Origin: Trichosphaerium sp. ATCC 40318
Taxonomy: Eukaryota > Protista > Tubulinea
Direction: 5' to 3'
Length of the DNA: 64,000 nt
Assembly (NCBI GenBank): GCA_038496445.1
Contig: JALMLS010000166.1
Location: 27,275-91,274, forward strand
Below are positions 1 through 13,129 of this stretch, one piece after another (positions within the stretch are counted from its first letter, which is position 1; each line of letters starts with the position of its first letter). The notes under the pieces are model-generated. The model did not search any database and was not told the DNA's origin. It was given only the letters and a program-made list of their open reading frames with translations. The translations under genes and the position numbers were made by a program.

Positions 1-2030
1 CCTTGAAAGATTAGTTAGTACGTGCGAGTTAATATTTTTAAAGTATGGGTACTTGAAGTGCTCTATAGATGCGCCTATACTGGCCTTGTCTCCCTTCCAC
101 CAATACGGTATTCGGACCACTGTGAACTCATTTTCTTCCAACTTTTCTATCTTTGCTTTGTCTCTAGACTTTTGTGACTGTGTTGGTCCAAACGCCCTAA
201 CTTCTGTATAGTGATGCTGACCTAAAACATTACAAGTTATTAATAAAAAATCAAACAGTTCATGGAGCTGAAAACGTAAAATTTCTGTCAAAGAAATTCC
301 CTTTATTTTCTTACCTTGGAATTCGAGTATCAACTTGAAATCTGGTACATAGACGTCTACAATCATAGCTGTCATCATACCCACCTGTTGCTGAAGATTA
401 TACTCTTCATATACTTTCCTTTTGGGATAGTATTCGGCCGTGAAGATGTACATCATACTACATAAGAGGTAAGCATTTGTTTTTTATAATTTCCAAGAAA
501 TAAAGAAAACCAAAAAGTTTTCATCGTACCGCTGCACAGACCGCTTGTTCCCACTATGCAACTGTGCTGTAGACCAACTAAAGTTAGGGTATAGTATTTG
601 TAGACTACCATCAAAATACTTGGGTGTACTAAGTTGTAAACCACCAAGATCTCCAATTTGCCTGAAATTACAAAAAATGAGTGGTTTTCGTACTTCCTTT
701 TTAACCAACTATGGTTTTGTCGAATATATAAATGTACCCGTGAGATATACGATACCATTCTTCTGGTCTATACACTCGATACTTAATCTCACAAACTAGA
801 AAATACGTCAGCCAGACAAAGAACCAAAAACAACAAATCCAAAATTCTGTACTTCGTAAAAATTTTACAATTGCCGACTTTGAGTTCCAAGTCCCCTTTG
901 GTGACTTCCTTCAAGATGTGTAAGCAATAGACTCAAGTTATTTTTATGTTATCAATAAGAAAAAGTGTACATACTTGAATTTCCAGTCAATCCAGTCAAA
1001 GTGCGGGTACAAAGCTTTTAAAGCTTTTGATAAAAACTGGTCATATCTGAAAGAAGAATAACTACTTAACATACAATCCATTTTTTCTTATATGAGCAAT
1101 GCCTTACCTGTTCATAAAGGATCTTCCTCCTTGTAATTCATGAATTTTTGTTTGTGGAATATAGTACCAGTCCTCTAGGATCTTTGCTCCGACTATTGGA
1201 GCAACATAAAAGTCCAGGTAATTCAACCTATTTTTTTTGTCATGCCAATATCCTTGTGGTGCTTGTCTATCAATAATTAAGTTGATAGTATATATTTTGG
1301 AAGCATTAGAGTATATACTATAGCATAGATGCTATTTGGGTACAATAAAACATAAGGACAATCCAAAAAAAGTGTTGCTTGGTTTTTTCATTGAAAAAGG
1401 AAAAAATAGGCTTTAGTGTACACAAATTTCCATCCAAACCACTCAAAGTCACTGAATGTATATCTAAGTCCTGCTAGAAGAGAAGTATTGAACTGACTAT
1501 AACGTTGTAAGTAAAAAATATGAAGAAAAAAAAGAAAAGAATGAGAAATGATTAATTTCGTTTTGATGTATTGGCAACGACCCGTACAACTTGAGTATAG
1601 CGTGCTGCCCAGTCTCAACCATTTTTTGTTGTGTGACTTCATACCAATCATCCAATGTCTTGACGTTCAATAATTCACCCACGTTCTGAAAGTATCTAGA
1701 AGTTAAAAGTGAAAAACCATTCAATTTTTTTCAGTTCTTTTTTTTGCAGGAAAATCTTTTTTTGGAATTGACTGTACTCACTTATGGATATTATGCTTAC
1801 TGCGCCAGTAATTCCTGGGTGCTTGTCTAAAATATATAGTTAAATGATAAAGAACACAAGGTCATCATTTATCAAAACAGAACCAAGTTTTCGGGCAGTC
1901 AATAAAAAAAAATCCAAATGACAAAAAAGATCTTACACAAATATGTAATTATCCCAGTTATGCTCAGGGTACAATGAAATCATCATATCATGCATTGAAT
2001 TGTTATATGCACTATAAATTACAGCGTTAG
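1..2030 (-). CDS. Multi-exon protein with tandem 'EDWY...YP..W..WKF..P.GYW' repeats and a C-terminal PD-(D/E)xK (Vsr/RAP-like) nuclease domain; ends not resolved
   Basis: Spliced exons give repeats (LDDWYEV, LEDWYYI, PEEWYRI, LYPHFDWIDWKF, PQGYWHD) followed by IVDVYVPDFKLILEFQ|GQHHY...RDKAK...VVRIPYWW. Confidence 0.7.
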
Positions 2031-2489
2031 GATTGTTTTTGCCGTTTTAGGCGGTTTTCAACCAAGTTTGGTTTGACATTGGTAATAATACGTCATAATA
2101 TGTTTATACGCACACAACCACTTGTGACGCGCCAGCGTTAGCTAATTGAGCAAAAGTTAACACATGCCAATCCTGTACCAGCTTAACGTTGAGCCTTGGT
2201 GCGACTACGTTGTCCATAAGATTCCGTTGTTTGCTTCTACTGTACGGGTATGATCCTACACGGTTAAGTGTTTTGTAAATCACGTATTTAAACCTGACAA
2301 TAGCCGCATAGCGCGGGAGCTCATGTTTGACATGTTTTAACGGGAATAAGTATAAGTGGTTTTAAATGAGTCCTTTTGTTGTATTATTACTATTCGTAGC
2401 GTGTCGCTACGTAATTGTTGCCATTGTTGTGACTTGTGCTAATTCTAGACAGTCAACTTCATTCATTTTTCTTTGACACCTTTCACACC

Positions 2490-4644
2490 ATGCGCCAACG
2501 TCGCGGTAAGGATGCTACGCAGGCAAGTGACACGAAAAAAGAAAAGGAAGACAAAAAGCCTAAGCAAGGCTCTGTAACACTGTACGTATCACTTAAAAAC
2601 GTTTTTGAACGATTTAAAGCTATTCAGCATCAATTTATTTCACACTTCAAGCTCATGAAATGACTTTTTTAACGTTGGCATACGCATAGACATATTGATC
2701 AGGCATTAAATGTCAAGTTTTATTACAAATTATTTTGTACTAATGCTACTCAAGCACTGCCATCATTATTGTCGGTTTTCTTTCCGTTTTGTCATTCCTT
2801 GCAGCTGCCATAGTCATTTTATACCCTTACTTCAACGAACCTCCACCTCCACCTACACCAAACGAGCATGGCGTAGATACGACTACTATTTTCAAAAAAT
2901 CATGGGAATTTGCTTCGGAGGTACGCATAGAAACATAAAAAATGACCTTGAACCTATCCGTAATTTTTCGGTTTTTTTTCTTCTTGTAGACTGTTGTAGA
3001 CTTCCTTTTGTTTAGTTCGCTGAAGCTGGCAAGCCAGTCTATGTTATTGACTCTATTGTTACTGAATGGAAAGCACTGAAATGGACAAAAGAATATCTAG
3101 TCAAGAAGGTAAGAAGACATAGTAGTACATGGACATAACTTGCCGTATAGGCACCGAAGATAAAAAACGTGAGCAAAAGTTCCAATCCAACTTTTTTCTA
3201 TTTTCGTAAAGAAGAACCCTTTGCAGCACTTGAAGATGTCAAAACTGCATCAGCAAGCGTACCTGAACGTATAGGTAAGCATAATAAGCAAATATACAAA
3301 TACTCCTCTTACACGTGTTTGACTGATTGAGCTCAATTTTTTTTTATCGCAGATATGGACATGGCGGATCTTATTTCAAAGATTGAGAATCCCAAAGACA
3401 AGAAAACGTTTTATTATTATTCTGAATCTCTAGAAACAGTATCTAAGGATCTATTAAAAGATATAACACCAATAGAGCACTTACTAGTGCGAGATGAGAA
3501 CGTACGTTCTTCGAAAAAAAAAATCAATTAAAATCTTCCAGCTGAAAAAAAAGTTTTAGCGTCGACTTCCAAATAGTGTTAAGCTACAACTATGGATGGG
3601 TTCAAAAGGTACTTGTTGACTTGAGATGTAGTTATATTTAATGAATTCATGTCAGGGACTATAACGCACATGCACTATGATTGGTCACATAATTTCAAGG
3701 TTGTTCTAAAGGGTAAGAAGCGGTTTGTTATGTATCCGCCAAAGGAATGGAAGAATCTTTATTTGTATCCGTTTTTACATCCAAACAAAACAAAAAGTCA
3801 AGTTGAAGTCACAAACCCGGACATGGCTAGGTTTCCTAATTTCAAAAAGTCTTTTCACTATGAGGTACGTACTAACAATGTAAATGGGTTAAAAGCTTAT
3901 TGTACTTCAAACCTAGGCTGTGGTGTCTGCAGGTGAAATTCTCGTACGTTCTTATTTTTTTCTTAAACAAACAAAGAAGTCAAGCTCACGACTTTACACT
4001 AGTATATTCCACCTTTATGGTTCCATCAAGTTACTGCACTGTAAGTATTAATAATGGTACAAAGATAAAGTAAACTTACGTAAGATAGGGAACCATCAAT
4101 AAGCGTATCAGTGTGGACAGGTGCGCTTAACCTAAATACAGCGCATTACTTAACTGCTTTTTTCCTCAGAGAGTCAGCATCATACTAACTGGGATGCCCT
4201 TGGTACTTTTAATAAAATACATAGTTAGTACTAAATTAAATAATAGTGAAGCTTGGACTTCCTTTTAATAGCGATTGGGATGGTAAAACGAAGATAACTG
4301 CTAGTGTTGTTTTTTTGCAAATGATTTTGGACAAAATTGTTCCTGACACCTCCTCCTTTATTCGTGAGTTATACAATATTCGATACCTCAATTTTATAAA
4401 GAAGGTACCAAGTGTTATGGATAAAACATGGAAGCTTTGTCCGTCCCTAAGCGAGGTACAAGGATTTGAGTCAAGGTCTATTTTTGATGCTGAAATCGAT
4501 GAACATTTTGTCGCTTTGATAGAAGGTATACCAATGCCAAATCGTCAAATTTGGCTAGGAAATTATGTAGAGTTAGTAGCAAACTTGGTTGTTGATATAA
4601 CACAAGTAGCTGCATACATGAACTGTCTCAAGAGAGTATTGTAA
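2490..4644 (+). CDS. JmjC/cupin-8 Fe(II)/2-oxoglutarate hydroxylase with N-terminal membrane anchor (multi-exon)
   Basis: LWMGSKGTITHMHYDWSHNF (HxD), KGKKRFVMYPP, YIPPLWFHQV (distal His); hydrophobic segment near the N-terminus; GT-AG introns. Confidence 0.88.
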
Positions 4645-5148
4645 AAAAAAGAAAAAAAAAAAAGCAAATTCAAATAAACACGTGTCGTTTTTTAAAACAA
4701 CAAGATACCTATTTGCTATTTATTTAGCCTCTTACATTAACCCAGTTGATATTGCAAGTTTGTCCGTTACTACTCCGTACATTGCAAAAGTAGGTCTGGC
4801 ACGTGCAACATGGATTAGTTCTTGAACCCAGTCCAAAATATTTGTTGTGCTGGAAAAAACAGCAAACGCATTTGCATTCACATTCAGAGTGAGGTGAACC
4901 TCACGCAACAGTTGTAAACTGACATCCCTGTAGTAGCCACTGACTGAAATATTCTTTCAAAAATCGTTTTGTAAATTGGAAGAGTCTACAACATCCCCCT
5001 GATTGTACGTATAAGCTCTTTGCTACCATTACCACCTAACCAAAGCATTTTTCAATAACAATACCTTGTCTACCTATAGGGAATACTAAACAAATACATA
5101 AACAAGTGCAATGTAAATTTTATTGCACTGTCCGCAGTAGCATTTATT

Positions 5149-5400
5149 TTATGCTGAAATGTGCAACCACATGTTTGGTATTTTGTCCTTTTCAATATTT
5201 ATGACTGTTACACCTGCCAATTGTTTTATCCCATCATTCGTTAATGTACAACTACCCAAGTCAATATGATGCACACCTGCCAAACATGATAGAGCATTAT
5301 CTCTTAGTTGTGTACAACCATACATCTCTATACAGGGTATACCAGCCAGAAGTTTCATCACGTGCCTTGAAGATTATTTTTGCAATTGTTTCGTTGTGTT
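5149..5400 (-). pseudogene. Isolated fragment of the 'GVHTIDL' LRR family
   Basis: LAGVHHIDLGSCTLTNDGIKQLAGV matches the LRR units of the genes at 16721, 36671, 59171 and 62511; no F-box or credible start. Confidence 0.6.
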
Positions 5401-5453
5401 AGAAAATACTCAACTCCTTCATCTTGAATTTGTTAATTGCTGAACGATTGATT

Positions 5454-6797
5454 TTATTGTAAGTTACACCTCTTTCCTTTTACTTTTTTCACTTCTGCGT
5501 TTATTGCAAGACGAATAGCTTCATCAAAAGCTTTTTTGAAACCTTTACAAGTGAGCGCTGACATTTCAAGATATTTTGCAACTTCCGACTTTTGGGCTAA
5601 ACCAAGACCTTCATCGTACTGTACTGATGAAGGATCTAAAGAAAAAAAAAATTAATGTCAAATCCAAACAATCAAGTTTTCTTCGTTTTGTATGTCATAC
5701 CATCCTTTCTTAAATCAACTTTAGTACCAACAAGTAGTATGGGTACGTTTGGTAAGTTTCTTCTGACTTCAGGTATCCAGTTATTGATAGCGTTATGTAA
5801 CGATTGTCTATTAACAAGGGAGAAACAAACCATGATAATATCCTGGTGTTTATACGCTATTTGTCGAAGTCTATCATAATCTGATCCTCCTGGCATATCT
5901 ACTATAGCAAGCTGTATTATCTGACAATCCCACATGATATTAGCTGGGTAACATTCCATGACACCTGGTATCTGAAAGAAAAAAAAATCAAAAAGAGGAT
6001 TATTTAATAGGGTATGGAATTCCCATTCGGATTTAAAATGTGACAGTATAAATCGTACGGTGACTAAATTAACGTCATAAGAGTACGTACATATTCTCCA
6101 GGGAAAGCATTGGTTGTATAACTTATAATAGCGCAAGTCTTTCCTAAACTGAATAAAAAAGTTGTTCACCACCAACAGTTTTCTTGACTTTCTCCGTTTT
6201 TCTTGACGAAAAAGAGGGTATAAAAAAAAATAAATCACGTGCCTACACCAACATCTCCCACAAGTGCTAGGTTTATTTTACCAGCATGCTAGTTTCGGTT
6301 TCCATAGAGAGTACACAACAATATTTTTTTAGCACACGTGACGCACCTGTATGCCTTCTTGCTCCACAATGCCTTTTTCACCAGACCATTTCACCAACGA
6401 AACTTTAAACAACCCTTTTTTAAGACGATCAGACGACAATCAAAATGTCAATGGTTTGATACCTTTGTAGTGTTTTTGGTTCTTCATATCCTTGAATCCG
6501 ATTAGAAACTGTTTTAATACCATCACAGACTCTTACCTCAGGTGATGGAGGCTCCCAGGACCTAGCACCAGGGAATTCAAGTATATGGCGTTCCCATACC
6601 GTATTTTTTGTTGTAAGGTTCTCCCAATGCCAAGAGACAAGGCATAGTGAACATAAATCGTACCTAGAATGTTTTTAAAAACGAAAACGGTTTTTTTTTG
6701 TTGATTCGCCTAACAGTCATTGATCGTACCACTCTACATTGGAGAAAACCTCAAGCCAGATTATATCAGGAAGTGTTTCCCACGTTAAACCAGACAT
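5454..6797 (-). CDS. F-box + Rac/Rho-family GTPase fusion with CAAX box (8 exons, one GC-AG intron)
   Basis: N-terminus [23 protein letters not shown]|[14 protein letters not shown]....VW (F-box); G1 GDVGVGKT; [11 protein letters not shown]|IP; YDRLR; VGTKVDLR; EMSALT; ends [11 protein letters not shown]. All exon phases are compatible. Confidence 0.85.
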
Positions 6798-7201
6798 TGC
6801 GTTTTGGAGGTTTTGACAAGTCTTTTCTGTTCAAGACCTCTATACGGTCTCTTTGATTACAGCTCCTTCACGCGCTTTTTCTATCGACATATTATTGTAT
6901 TAAACAACATCCAGATGAGCTGTATTGGTTCTTTTCACGCGATGTCCACTTGTAGTTTCCTGTACACGTGACAATTATGTAAGTCGTATTCCACATAAAA
7001 ATCCATACAGTGATTATTGATTGTAGAACTTTAGTTAACTGAAAATCTAATGAATACTCACTATTCTCACAAAAGACTGTTGCTGTATATCGACAATGAG
7101 GGACAAAGCATAAAATTTGTTTAATTTTTTTGTTTTTTTTGTACAATTGCAGGCGAGCTTTGGTGTTGCAACAATAACGCCTTTTTTTTTTCTTGTTTTT
7201 C

Positions 7202-10200
7202 TTACTTGTTGGCGTTCTTTTGACACATCTGAATAAATTCTGGGTATCTAAGCAACAACATGAGTGAATAACAACCCACCACGTGAAAAAAAATAAAAAA
7301 GAAAAAAAGAAGAAAGCAAAAAACGTACGAGAAAGTCTTTTGTTGTCGATCTTCAACAAAATGACTGAAAAAATATTGATCTGAAGGTTGTCCTTGTGAG
7401 AAGATAAGGAGCTGTTGAAAGTAAGGTCTATTCCTTCTAATATCACCAATAATACATCTAACACGCTCTGAAAGTGATGTAGTATCCTTAGAAGGCACAA
7501 GAGACAGCTAAAAAGACAAACAAGTCAACAACCTTGAAAACAAAAAAAAAACAAAAAAAAACAAGATTTGTTCTTTAACGCCACTTGGTGACGTCAAAAA
7601 TGAGAGCCAGTATCTTTGATAGTAGCAATAGATTCACTAAAAGATGAAAAAGTATTGTAGGTGTTTGTTTAAGTACCTTTGAGAGATCGACATTCTGTAG
7701 AGAAGAGACACCAAAGAGTGAATTGACAACATCACCCATTGCTTGTCCACCAATCCATACGATGATATTGATACCATTATCTAATAGATAGATACCTGTA
7801 CGATCTATTCTAGCTGAAGAAAGACCTAATATTGCAGGCATGGTAGTTCGACCAGTGTTAGGATCAACCTGACCCATTTCTGGTGCAAGATTGTGTATTG
7901 AGTAAAGACGTGGATACATCATCGCTGTAGCAAGTTCTAAATAGATAATATAAGCAAAATAGCATATTCAACATATAATAGCAGTTTTAGAGGAAGTATT
8001 TGGGATGAGGTCCACAAGTGGAACAAAAAGGGGATCATATAAAAAAAGTTTCACTGAAAAAATCCCTTGTTTTTCACGTGCCTATTGAACTGCTCTTGAA
8101 GAGGCAGCACACTGCAGCTCTGAAATCTGGTGTAACTCCCATTGACCCAGATCGGAATACAGGTGACTTAATAAGTCCAAGAACGTAAAGAGGAAGAAGT
8201 GAAAGAGCTGGAGGTAGCATTTGTGCGCCAACACCGGAATTTCCAAGAAGTGTTTTATATTGCTTCATAATGGCCACACACTTGTTTACAATAGCCTCTC
8301 TTGCAACTCTAAGATTACTTTCAAGTGCTTTATCAATAGCTAAAGTAAAAATAAGCGAACAGAAGTCAAAGACAGATCAAGGAAAGCGAAAGTTCATCAA
8401 CATTTTCGTACCCATTTTACCCATAAGGCTTACTATTGGTATCAAGTTTCCTGACTCAAGAATCTGTCTTGGGCTCTTTGAAGATGGCATACAAACAGTC
8501 AATGAACGTATTCTTCTATCACCTTGAGTAGATGTATAAAGTAATGCTGTTTGAATCAAAACATAAGGTTTATCGAAATCTTTAGTAGGAGCCAATTGAA
8601 CACCGAATCCCTAATAGAAAAATAAATATAACCACGTGGTACTTATAAAAAATAGTTCTTCTAATATCTATAAAAATAAACATACCTTATCTGCATCTGT
8701 AACAGGCAATGACAACAAGTCCTTATGCCTTAAAAAGAAATTTCCGAAATATCTGTTAATTTTCACATTCTTTGAAGCACGAACACGCATAACAGCTTCC
8801 CAAGCAGTCTGACGTGTTAATGTATGTCTTAACTCTTTACAAAGCTTCTCTAAGTGTCTAGCAGGTAGATACTCTGGGTAATAAGCAATCTGACCGCCAG
8901 TAATCGTGCAAAGAGTTCCAATCGTCGGAACATCAAGAGGTTTAGATGAAAAGAAACAACCATCAAATCCTACTTGACATCCAATGCATTCCTCAGCTAG
9001 AGCTGTATAAAAATCTCCTTGAGGCTTCATCATATTGATTTCTTTATCTTGACCAAGTAACTTTGGATCATAACGCTTCTTGAGCGCACCAAGGCCACTT
9101 ATTGGCGTTGAAGATGAAAAAAATGTTATTTTTCCGCCCATGTGTTTAACTACTTGAACAGCAGTTTTAAGCGCAGAGCCTACAACACAACTTGTCAGAA
9201 TTATTGAAAAAAAAAAGAAAAACAAACTGAAAAAAAAAAAAAGAAAAAGTCAAATTCTCAGTTTGTTCTTACCTAAGCAGGCGTGTACGCCTTGTGTTTG
9301 TGCAAACATCTTTGGTAATCGCTCTAATAAAGCCCGTACTTGTGGCATAGATGTTCTGAGATCAGTCAATAGTGTTTCCATTGTACCAGGAACAAACGCT
9401 TCTTTTGGGTTTTCAGCAACAACAAACATTTCAGGCAAGCTCGCTCCTTCTTTGAAGCTGTAAAGGTGTACAGCTGCATCGAATGTGATGAACCCAATCT
9501 TTGTTCTATCTCCACCTGGTAGATCATCTAATAGACCCTCTATAGCCTTGGCTATACCTTTAAGGAGACCTGCAGCGACTACTGGATAGGAGACATCGAT
9601 AACAAAGAAATAAACAGATGGCATTGGTGGTCTAACCATGTAGTCTTGAGGGGCTAGGAACTCAACAGCACAGTGTGTTAGTTCAGGACGTGTTGTGACA
9701 TCTGTTCTGTAACCATTGGCATCAAGACCACAGACATAGGCGTCCTTCACTATCGCGAACATTAATTTTTATCAAAATTTTTCTTTACCTCAAAAAATGG
9801 TGTAGAAAAACCGTTTTACGGCGAAAACTGTTTTGAATGGAAGGAATTTCTGTCTCAACAGTGTTTTTGTGAGTTTTTTTTGACATACCTTCGTTTAGGA
9901 AAGAGCAAAATGAGCATGTCCAGCGTCTGCCCATCTCTACAAAGCGAACGTATGGATTGATATAGGCCCTACACCTTCTGCAGCGAATGACGCCAATTGC
10001 TCCAAAATCTACCATTGGAAGGTTCTAAACGATACGTGTGAATATTGTGAAGAGTATTGAAGCGTTACCTGAGCAGTTCGGGCAAGTGGAGTGACGATAC
10101 AACCCATAGGCAATGAACACCCTCGCTCCGCTTCTAGAGTAGCTGGAAACATCTTTGCGGTAGTCTGGCAAAGTTCTGGTGGGCAAGGGACAATATGTGA

Positions 10201-10461
10201 CGGGTGCTGACGTTGAGGTTGTGTTTGAAACTGTCCTCCGCCTACCGTAGGTGTATACGCTTGAGGTGCCATTTGGGCATTTGTAGGTGGTACAGCACCA
10301 ACACCAACAGCAGGAAATGTAGGCGCTGTGGCGGCAATACCTGGCGCAGGGGTAATAGGTTGTGTTGGAGCGCCATAATTTGGTGTAAACGTTGTTGGAT
10401 TGACTGGGGCTGCCCCAGTGTTTGCTGGGGTTGACATGGATGGATAGACGCGTCTAGACAT
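7202..10461 (-). CDS. SEC24: COPII coat subunit Sec24 (multi-exon)
   Basis: Pro/Gln-rich N-terminus, zinc finger RCRRCRAYINPY..WTCSFC, trunk domain YFFVIDVSY, TRQTAWEAVMRVRAS, IQTALLYT...RRIR, gelsolin-like C-terminus. Confidence 0.96.
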
Positions 10462-10918
10462 TTTTTGCGACACGTAGAATGCTACGTTGACAAGCTGAAA
10501 GAACTTAACGTAAACTTAAAGCAATTAGCAATTAAGTTAATGTGCCCAAAAAAAACCTTGTTGTTGCAGGTACAACTCTTCAAAACCGGCAACCGGTAAC
10601 GCCCCAATAAACAAGGAGCACCCTAAATGGACATATAAAAAAATAGGCTTAACAACTGTGGTTGTGCACGTGTTTTTATCCAGAAAAATGATGTCTGTTT
10701 GAAATTGTTCTTTTTTTTTTATTTCATTCTAGGACACGACGCCAAGCGCTACGATCTACTTTTTAGTGATTGTATTACGTGCGCTTGGCATCAGGTACTA
10801 TAGTACAAGATTTACCACAGGTATTAAAGACCTGTGGAAGGCGTCTCGAGACGGTATATTTTTTTTTTTTTGAAAGGTAAAAATGTTCTGTATCGCTTTG
10901 TTCAAAAAAAAATCATTC

Positions 10919-12476
10919 CTACTTGGATTGTGATGAATCAGAATCATAACGACGCCTCTTTCTTGCTCTTCCATCGCTACTAGACGAAGAAGAAGAGCGA
11001 GAAGAAGAACGACTCCTAGAACGAGAAGAAGACGAAGAAGAACCAGACCTAGATGACGAAGGTGATCTTGATCGTCGTCTTCTTGGAGGACTTCTTCGTC
11101 GACCTCTTCGAGGACTATATGCTGGCCTACAAAAAACGATAAGTACAACTGAAAACAAGCACAAAAAAAAAGCTGTCTAAATTGCGTCACGCACCTTCTT
11201 CTGTCGTCTCTACGACGTATAGGCGACCGTCTACCTCTAGGCGGGGATCTAGAGCGATCACCACGAGTATCACGCTTATCTACAGCACTCTTTTCATTCG
11301 TTTTTTCAACTTCCTTACGCTCAGGAGAAGCCTCCTTCTTCACCTCCTCCTTTTTCACCTCATCCTTACGATCTCTATTACTCCTGCTTGAACTTCTTGC
11401 ACGCTTGCTCTCTGAAGGCCTTTCTCTGCTCTTTTCATCACGTCCACGACGATCTCTATTATCACGACCTCTATCTCTATCATCACGCCTTCTATCAGCT
11501 GGACGTCTATCTCTGTCGCCGAATCTATCACGGTTATTCCGCTCAGGACTTGGTCTGGATCTCTTAATGCCTCGTCTGTCTGGAGAGCGATCTCTCCTAT
11601 CCCTATCGCCATTGTATCGTCGCACAGGTGAACGTCTGTCTTCAGAGCGGTTGCGAGCATCTCGTGCCGGTTTATCGTCCGATTCACGCGTAAATCGGTC
11701 TCCAGTGTTACCAACAAGGCGTCCTTCTCTCTCAGCCCTTCTACGGTGTTTACGCTCTGATTTTTCGCGTTTCAAACGCTTGGCATCTGCTTCTAGACGT
11801 GCTTGCATCCTGGCTTTTTTGGCCTCCTCTTGGCGTTCTCGGTCAAATGCATAGCCTTGTTCGTAGTTTGTGTCGATTCCAAGGGCGTTAGCCATAGATG
11901 TCATTTGTTTTTCTTTTCTTGCTGCTAACGTGTGAGAATCGGTCCTAGTAACGTGTGAGAACTACCTTAGGCGAATAGGGTGATTTTCATAGTGAAAGGT
12001 CTCAACTTACTTTTTTCTGTTTCGTTGGCGTTCCTTTTGGTCCAATGCTGCCTCTTCTTGCTCAAACTTCTTTCTTTGCTTATCCATTTCAGCATCAATG
12101 GCTTCTTGTGGTAATCTGTGATTAAAAAAGGTCAGATGGTACACAAACGCTACAAGTAGGCATATACGACGACGTAGATCGTTCGAAATTGTGAATAACA
12201 GCTCAATTTAAAATTAACTGCTCAAACGCACCCTGAGTCTAATAAATCTTGTTCCTCGGCCCATTCGAGTAGTTTAATTTCTATTTGCCTCTTTTTATCG
12301 TGTGCTAATATTGCTTTGTCTGGTTTACGTTGACGTGGTTTAGCTGCGTCGTCCAGGTTATCAGTTCTGAAGTGACTAATATTCTTTTTCCATGACGGCA
12401 AGCTAGCCCAATTGCGCTGCACATAACCACTTGTACCAGAACCCCTAGGGGTACGCAATCCAATACCGTTGTACAT
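10919..12476 (-). CDS. CWC21: Pre-mRNA splicing factor Cwc21/SRRM2-like, RS/RD-rich (4 exons)
   Basis: [22 protein letters not shown] and [13 protein letters not shown] (cwf21 domain), ALGID..YEQG.AFDRERQ, RS-rich tail. Confidence 0.93.
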
Positions 12477-12864
12477 TCGCTCAAATGCAAAGCTGTTTCG
12501 CCAGAAACTGACTTAAACCAGAGATAAGTCTAGTTAGCTGTCGTTACTCACATTTCAATGTTCTTGCAGTTCTGTATTGTAGAGATTATAAGCGCTTGGC
12601 ATTTATTCAAAGTGCAATCAAAACGAACGTTTGGGTTTGCTAGAGATGGAGAAAGCAACAACGAGACATCTCAATGTCATGCCGAAGAAAAGTCCATCAA
12701 GCAACTACTCGTACACATAACCATCACGTGTTACGTTACCGTTACAACAACCTCCCCTATTAATACTTCAATCATATTGTAGGTACACAACTCATTCATG
12801 AGCGTAGGATTGACTTACGCCTTGTTTTTCATGAAAAAACAAAAAGTTACATTTATCCAAGAGC

Positions 12865-13095
12865 ATGTGTCACAAAACAAAATGTAAACAGTGTAAAAAA
12901 TGGACCTGGACAGGATGAGGGTTACATATTGAGTTTGCGCTTCGTGGTGTTGCACCTGAGAAGCGTTGTACTTGCCCTCCACCAGAGAAAGGATATAAGG
13001 GTTTTCTAGGTGGTGTAGTGCGCCGTATACTTACTGGCGGCAAAGAACCGAGCACTGGAACATCCGCAGAAACTAATTCAACCGAACCTACATGA
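12865..13095 (+). CDS. Candidate small selenoprotein (76 aa): MCHKTKCKQCKKWTWTG-U-GLHIEFALRGVAPEKRCTC...
   Basis: ATG at 12865; in-frame TGA at 12916-12918 where the small MCxxxxCxxCxKxTWxGCGxH...RCxC family has Cys; the frame stays open and family-like to TGA 13093-13095; SECIS downstream. Confidence 0.85.
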
Positions 13096-13129
13096 AAACG
13101 TACCTTACGTACAAAAATAACTAATATAT

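Noticed and set aside
11355-11854. Overlapping ORFs 11405-11854 (+) and 11355-11717 (-)
   Set aside because: Alternative-frame or antisense artefacts of the RS/RD-rich CWC21 exon.
12916-12918. Genome-wide UGA=Cys/Trp recoding as the explanation for the in-frame TGA
   Set aside because: The conserved genes use TGG/TGY normally and I saw no in-frame TGA in them; the adjacent SECIS points to Sec-specific recoding.
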